Assembly: GCA_051599415.1 (NCBI GenBank)
Contig: AP039694.1
Location: 1-64,000, forward strand
DNA: 64,000 nucleotides
From: Savitreella phatthalungensis
Taxonomy: Eukaryota
Direction: 5' to 3'
Part shown: positions 59,201-64,000 of the stretch, in pieces
Numbering within the stretch: the stretch's first letter is position 1
Layout of the letters: every line of letters starts with the position of its first letter
The notes under the pieces: generated by a model
What the model saw: the letters and a program-made list of their open reading frames with translations, nothing else
Database searches by the model: none
What the model was told of the DNA's origin: nothing
Position numbers and translations under genes: made by a program

Positions 59201-60930
59201 CACTGATTGGCATCACTGGCATGGTGAATTTCCTGCTCGACACAGAACTGTCGCCTGAACAGTTAGACTATGCTCATACTATCCAGCAATCAGCGGAAGC
59301 TCTTCTTGCGGTCATCAACGACATCCTGGATCTCAGCAAGGTCGAAGCAGGCATGATGAAACTCTCCATCGAGCCGTTCTCACCTCGGGCCATGGTGGAG
59401 GACGCAACTGAGCTGCTCTCCACAATGGCCATAACGAAGCGGCTCGAACTCAATTTCGTCGTCGAAGAGGATGTTCCTGAGGTCCTGCAGGGTGATCGCA
59501 TCCGTCTGCGTCAGATTCTCCTCAATATCGCTGGCAACGCCATCAAATTCACGGGTCAAGGTGAGATTTTTACCCGATGCTTTGTGTCTGATTGGTCATG
59601 CCTTTCTCGCCACGAGATTGAGATTGCCTGGGAAACAGTCGACACTGGACCGGGCTTCACCACGGAAGAAGAGAAGACCATGTTCAAGCCCTTTTCGCAA
59701 CTGGATGGCTCGCTCACACGCCGTCACGGAGGCACTGGTCTGGGGCTTGTGATATCGCGACAGCTTGCTGAACTTCACGGAGGTCGCCTCTTTTGTACTA
59801 GCACAAAGGGCGTGGGTTCGACCTTCACATTTACAGCAAGGTTCAAGGTGGATGCAGAGACGGCAAATTGGTGCCTGATCCGCCGACAGTCTGAGTACGA
59901 CAATAAGCGACAGGCACGCTCACCCGTGGATGAAACAAGTGCTGTAACGAAAGAAATCCTTGTCATATCGGAGTCGCTCTATTCGATCGTGGCCCTCAAT
60001 CACCACATCAGACAGGTCCTGCCACCGTCCTGGCACACTCGAATTGTGACGACTGACAAATTCGATGCCGCTGTCCGTTCGCTCAAGCAACCTCCAAGCA
60101 AGACACATTGCTCGTATGTTGTCGCGAACCTGCCGAGGGCTGAACAGATCCTCGAGCTTGTCAAGCTTCAACAGCGATTGTCGCAACGAGGCACCACGGA
60201 GCCAATTTGGCGCCTCATTCTCGTTACATCACCATTACAACGAAATCTCGTCAAGGAGCAGGCAACTGACAGACAGATCGACCTCGAGACTGGCCATGTG
60301 TCCTTTGCGTATAAGGTGATCAAGCCGGCAAAGCTTGCACCATTCTTCACCGAGACAATTCCAGTCTCATCAAGCCTGTCTGGAGTTCCACAGGACATCA
60401 AAGCTCCGAAAGACCATGTCAAAACGCTGGCGCAGCAAACTGTGGCAACACAGAAGGCGATCTTCGATGACATGTCATCGAAAGTAGGAAATCGCAAGCT
60501 GTTGGCACTCTTGGTTGAAGATAATCCTGTCAACCAGAAAGTCATGTCAAAATTCTGTTCAAAGATTGGACTGGAAGTCGACGTCGTAGGTGACGGCCAG
60601 CAATGTCTGGACAGGCTGCGTGGAGCAGTATCTGACGGCTCGAGGCCATACGATGTGATTCTGATGGATCTCCACATGCCCGTTCTCGACGGCTACCAGA
60701 CCTGCGCAGAGATCCGAACCTGGGAGCAGCGCAGGGAACCGGGGTTTGCGAGCAGGCGTATACCCATCATTGCTCTATCCGCCAATGTCCTCAGCGATGT
60801 CGCCGAACGTTGCAAGGCTGCAGGCTTCGACCAATATCTCTCGAAACCGGTCTCATTCCCCAAGTTGGCAGCAAAAATTGGTGAGCTCATGCCGGACACA
60901 GACTTGGGAAAGATCCAGCAGAAACCATGA
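56260..60930 (+). CDS. Hybrid two-component histidine kinase with two PAS/PAC domains (Mak1/group V-like)
   Basis: PAS/PAC (IHPEDR...YRWFL...HWFGT; VHPSDR...YKWHL...WLGT), HisKA FLSNMSHEIRTPL, HATPase (N, G1 and G2 boxes) and receiver VEDNPVN...LMDLHMP...SKP. Confidence 0.93.
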   Translation: MNVDGKHDSKTAGVCDANADRVAPKGHAAEARVLKEAVLQAQAKDKRGQSKLNQTFTVASPLSSSSSVSSTGTISANARQAGSRSGVSSSSSGHRAYSSSYFPRSTTPGGSLVQGQSTTTVSTPRETGRLPQTTSSSITTSELETMYPAPRIYDLSLILSSDVGMSKFWTNIIEIFAKSYKADRVILTIPHDLTDVRNTPWGLKALWNANGLPQEIATRKQSGLSRAESGDYEDMEEFQVVTPGSDREAFWAMQENKDGIVYNSLQRLELEEAPLLENVTVHRVLERGGGLVVLNREYRNLQNGIELSDKTPGGTVMSRQGVVDNQLGQRTHGELPSRTDVFPPARHEQQKLRDPRKDVDDTGTDRPKDSIARDNTGPRRSLLRQLDYEEYEQPIMSPWSQSPAPSPAILAETDRSPFFHAGHTVDEGAFSPSSDDGRVSYNDRQCFEAIGMESALSVIHIPLVHPSTARAIAISGLQELKGQVPVGILSFESKVVPYPTHLIESLTALAPFIATAMSAAQSHASILHQLAYEPPLGLSPSARSGTGTTSPSMVSHSERLSPAARSIDATLNTTDSSMHVRSSYFPPTRTESTISTEEMGQTSVQDDDIKGPARRQPSIRLSRPALAHRRLASAPDLSQIDNIVPGTQSKRRRRTANKSLLHSLGANLQSSFHPASTTGSQQNEDANAVEAEVQAQPSSRLIRVIVDAIPVCVFTASPVTGRVTWVNERTLQYAGISAERFLKVSREAIHPEDRDRHIEGWETARTAGAGYNSQIRFRRFDGQYRWFLSRIVPLRDSRGVIVHWFGTMMDIHEQKGAEREAARRAETVASEAKYRGLAEASPQIVFSLTTAEGITYANQQWLSFSGQSFQQAKGLGFLSHVHPSDRDSCLVPSTRESGEGAIKRELRLLDKHGDYKWHLVKCVCIGRADDSPVENWLGTCTDINEHKLLEAKLQEAKEAATKNMESKTRFLSNMSHEIRTPLIGITGMVNFLLDTELSPEQLDYAHTIQQSAEALLAVINDILDLSKVEAGMMKLSIEPFSPRAMVEDATELLSTMAITKRLELNFVVEEDVPEVLQGDRIRLRQILLNIAGNAIKFTGQGEIFTRCFVSDWSCLSRHEIEIAWETVDTGPGFTTEEEKTMFKPFSQLDGSLTRRHGGTGLGLVISRQLAELHGGRLFCTSTKGVGSTFTFTARFKVDAETANWCLIRRQSEYDNKRQARSPVDETSAVTKEILVISESLYSIVALNHHIRQVLPPSWHTRIVTTDKFDAAVRSLKQPPSKTHCSYVVANLPRAEQILELVKLQQRLSQRGTTEPIWRLILVTSPLQRNLVKEQATDRQIDLETGHVSFAYKVIKPAKLAPFFTETIPVSSSLSGVPQDIKAPKDHVKTLAQQTVATQKAIFDDMSSKVGNRKLLALLVEDNPVNQKVMSKFCSKIGLEVDVVGDGQQCLDRLRGAVSDGSRPYDVILMDLHMPVLDGYQTCAEIRTWEQRREPGFASRRIPIIALSANVLSDVAERCKAAGFDQYLSKPVSFPKLAAKIGELMPDTDLGKIQQKP

Positions 60931-61123
60931 CTCTCACTTGCAGAGGTGGCATCGTTATTGATGGATAATTTAACAAGCTAATGGCTTTACCATCTTCAAG
61001 AAGACACCTGTAGAATAGCACGATCGATAAATCTATGTCGAAGCGGCGTGTGTGTCAAGTCATTATTGTTCATCAGTGCTGCACCAGGCAGAACTGCGCA
61101 TGGATGGTCCAGTTCTGCGCATG

Positions 61124-62005
61124 CTACGGCTGATGCCGTTGCTGCGACGTGTCTGTTGCCGTATTCGACTCCTTCGGAGGGCAAGCAGCTTCATTGAACA
61201 CTTTTTGTGCCTCGTCAACGCCGCGGACAAGTCCTTCGAGAATGCTGTCAAGTAAGTAGGAGATGGGCAGCCGATTGACCTGGTTCGCGCTTTTGGACAA
61301 TGCGGCCACGATGAGCAATAGCGTGCGTTCGATTATCCGATGCTCCTGCTCTAAGGCTAAGCCCTGCTGTATTGTGGGCAAAGCCGAGCGCGCGGCGACA
61401 GCGGCACCACGGATGCACTTGACGAGCAGGTTGCCGATCATGGAGGAGCGCGGATTAGAGTCTGCTAGGGCTCCTGAGCCCTCTGCGACTGTCCCGACAG
61501 GATTTTGTGCAGCATAGGAGGCAAGTGCGTCATCCACGGCTTGCCGTACACCTATCGCATCGACCAGACCAAGTTGAACACGGTCGCTCGCTGAAAGGAG
61601 AGTACGTCTAAGGGCATCCTTATCGAGTTCCGACAGAGCGCATTTCTGATAGCCTGCGGGAAGTGCACGGATGAGCATGTTGATGGCTGTCATGTACATT
61701 TCATTTGCAAAATCGACGTTGCCCTGGTCATAAGCATCCTGTGCCACCTGAAGCGTTGTCATTGCTTGTTGCGCGAACAGGGCTTGCTGTGCAGATTGCT
61801 TATCAATCGTCGCAGCAGATCCGGTGTTATCCTTCACGTGGAGAGCATGTTGAAGCGCTTCTTTTGTAGAAATGCTGGAGTCTGAGGCGCTGGAGTAGCT
61901 CGGTGGCTTATCGGGTCCATTGTACGACAGTCCGCGGAAAGCGTAGGCAAAAGCACTGCGCGCGGTCGGCATCGGCAGCGCCTGGATGTAGGTGCTGATG
62001 ACCAT
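61124..62005 (-). CDS. Hypothetical helical protein, possibly MIT-domain-like
   Basis: Long intact ORF. AQQAMTTLQVAQDAYDQGNVDFANEMYMTAINMLIRAL resembles MIT helices 1-2. Start uncertain. Confidence 0.55.
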   Translation of the reverse strand: MVISTYIQALPMPTARSAFAYAFRGLSYNGPDKPPSYSSASDSSISTKEALQHALHVKDNTGSAATIDKQSAQQALFAQQAMTTLQVAQDAYDQGNVDFANEMYMTAINMLIRALPAGYQKCALSELDKDALRRTLLSASDRVQLGLVDAIGVRQAVDDALASYAAQNPVGTVAEGSGALADSNPRSSMIGNLLVKCIRGAAVAARSALPTIQQGLALEQEHRIIERTLLLIVAALSKSANQVNRLPISYLLDSILEGLVRGVDEAQKVFNEAACPPKESNTATDTSQQRHQP

Positions 62006-63095
62006 TGTGTCGCACCTTTCGCTTGCAAAGCACGTCGAGGGACGCGCTTTTATCGTCGAAGAAAATCGAGGCCGGAGTGGAAGCGCTTCCGATCCTGGCG
62101 ATTGTGCTGCTTGATCAATGCTTTGAATGCTTTGACTGTTGACCTTCCCTTTGCTTGGTTGGCAAACAAACCGTTGAAGCACGAGAAAGGAAAGATCAGA
62201 GGATTGGGATTTTGAAATCGTGAAACAAACGGACGCCGTTGCCTGACCTGATTCTGCAGGACGGCGCTTCCGTGTTTCAATTCCACGACGACTTGCAAAT
62301 CTACTGTGTCCAGTGCTACGGACAAGCTGGTTTCATCGACTCGGTTATACTGATGTATCTCATCATGCATTGTTAGCCTTCGAGCCGCCGGATATCTAAA
62401 CACTGTTAAATTCGTCAAATTTTCTATTTGGCTCCCGTCCGACAGATTTCAACCAGTTTCAGATTAAGCATGATCAATTCATTATCAATCTCAGGCGGGA
62501 ATGACAAGCCTAGGTGTTCAACAAATCAGGAGTGAAAAGGACAAGACGAAATCACTTCTTCGGGGCTCCCAGGATTCTGCCGCGAGGAAAAAAAGTTCTG
62601 GCTCGGGGGGCTATTGGCTATATGTGGTTAGCCGGTCGAATGTACGTGACATGTGAAAAATGCATTGACGGTCAATTGTCATTTGCCGCGTTGACACAGA
62701 GTTCACAGTCGCTCCGAGCGGTGTGGGTATGCCGCAAATCTTTCAGTTTTTGACGATCCTCGTTCCTCGGCAGGCAACCGCGCGATAGACATTAGATTTG
62801 ATCAACATCAGTGCACGTGGTCAAGACTAGCAGTACGTCTCAGAAAACAACACAATTCAAAGAAATATGCTGGCATATACCATGTGCAATAGGCAGTACG
62901 GGTTGCCACAAAGCCTGATCAGCCAGATTGAGCAATACCTGGAACGATGTACAAATTTTATCTGGACGAGTCGGATGCTCTCGGGTCGACATTGCAATGC
63001 TGAACGTCTAAAGCTGGCTCGCGAAGCTGATGATGGGATTTCTAGTCATAGTGCCAACGATTCTTATTAAAATGCGCTGGCTCAGCCGTGTCGCT

Positions 63096-64000
63096 CTAGT
63101 AGCGCTCTGCCATGATGTTGACAATGCAGGACGTCCAACCGGTGAAAGCTTTCGTTCTCTGACCTCGGCCGTCGTCTGGGTTGTATTGTTCGAAGAAAAT
63201 GCCACTTCGCTTCCACTCCTGATAGACCGTTTCGACCACATTTTTCCGCAACTCGCGATAGATCTCCTGTGCTTGCTGTCGATAAGGTCCGTCGATTGCG
63301 ATGTAATTTTTGTACAATGACGACAGTGCCAAGTAGTTGATATTGATCCATATTGGACCGCGCCAATAATCCTCTCCGGTACGATAGTATCGATCGCTCT
63401 TCGCAAGAGAACGCAAGCCATATGGCGTCCAGAGCTGATCTTCATCCCGCATGCTGCTGAGGACATAGCCGAGATTCGGGTGATCTGCAGGTAAGAGACC
63501 AAGTAGCACGGGGAAGAGGGTGACATAGCCGATGTGGCATTCAGAGATTGACTCCTCATATTCATCGATAGTCTGATCGCAGTACGATTTATCGTTCTCA
63601 CTCCAATAGAGTGCGTCCAAGTTTTCGATGATGCCCTTCTCAATCGCGCTCAGCTCGACAAGCTCATCCTCGCGGTTGATGAACTCGGCCATACGACGCA
63701 ACATCCTTGTCATTAGTCCCATCCAAGAATGCAGGTCAACGTGCAATTCACCGATGTGCGGAGGGCGGGCTCGCGGATAGTCGTCTAGGCCGCTGGTCAA
63801 GCAATGTTCAAGGGTCCGTCCCCGCCAGCGATAAGCCTCTCGCGCTTTTGCAGTCCGGTCATAGGCTTTGATCTCGCCTTTCTGCGTTCTTCGAAACCAA
63901 TCGAAATGGCGTCGAAGAACTGGATACAGGTCCTCAATGAGACTATGCACTGAGTCCTCGTTCTCCAGAAATATCGAGTTCGCGACAACGTCCTTGGCGC
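63096..64000 (-). CDS. CWH41: Mannosyl-oligosaccharide glucosidase I (GH63), 3' part only; 5' end lies beyond the window
   Basis: YRWRGR, LTSGLDDYPRA, GELHVDL, LWTPYGLRSL, YWRGPIWININY and EQYNP...FTGWT motifs. Confidence 0.95.
   Translation of the reverse strand, partial: AKDVVANSIFLENEDSVHSLIEDLYPVLRRHFDWFRRTQKGEIKAYDRTAKAREAYRWRGRTLEHCLTSGLDDYPRARPPHIGELHVDLHSWMGLMTRMLRRMAEFINREDELVELSAIEKGIIENLDALYWSENDKSYCDQTIDEYEESISECHIGYVTLFPVLLGLLPADHPNLGYVLSSMRDEDQLWTPYGLRSLAKSDRYYRTGEDYWRGPIWININYLALSSLYKNYIAIDGPYRQQAQEIYRELRKNVVETVYQEWKRSGIFFEQYNPDDGRGQRTKAFTGWTSCIVNIMAERY

Noticed and set aside
1..64000. tRNA, rRNA, transposase or reverse transcriptase genes
   Set aside because: None were recognised by eye. 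tRNAscan-SE, Infernal and RepeatModeler would be needed to exclude small or degenerate ones.

Overview
Left end of a gene-dense, intron-poor fungal chromosome. The lineage is probably Taphrinomycotina (Taphrina/Protomyces-like), inferred from the S. pombe-like CENP-A, the short introns and the compact layout. Bases 1-73 are an untrimmed Oxford Nanopore adapter plus native barcode. They are followed by a (CCCTAA)n telomere with proximal variant repeats, a ~1.5 kb CpG-depleted low-complexity subtelomere, and about 28 mostly conserved housekeeping genes: ELP5, CENP-A, ALG1, MSC2-like Zn transporter, SEC9, LCP5, SCC4, LOC1, LSO2, MIC12, LAA1, EMP70, TFIIIC90, PKA-C, MRPL8, MAK16, Zn2Cys6 TF, GYP7, CDC43, UBC7-like, DAL2, MSY1, MED6, a hybrid histidine kinase and partial CWH41. 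The best candidate for an undescribed system is an accessory, gene-sparse island at ~20.4-29.0 kb. It holds two secreted Kex2-type repeat peptide precursors (about 9 copies of an RATGKF-type core behind Ste13-type dipeptides, and four 50-aa units split by RR sites) and a secreted GMC oxidoreductase with an atypical catalytic site. Also notable are a bacterial-style ATGA stop/start overlap between LOC1 and SCC4, and two spliced genes that the ORF track fragments. All gene calls come from motif recognition by eye; no database searches were run.
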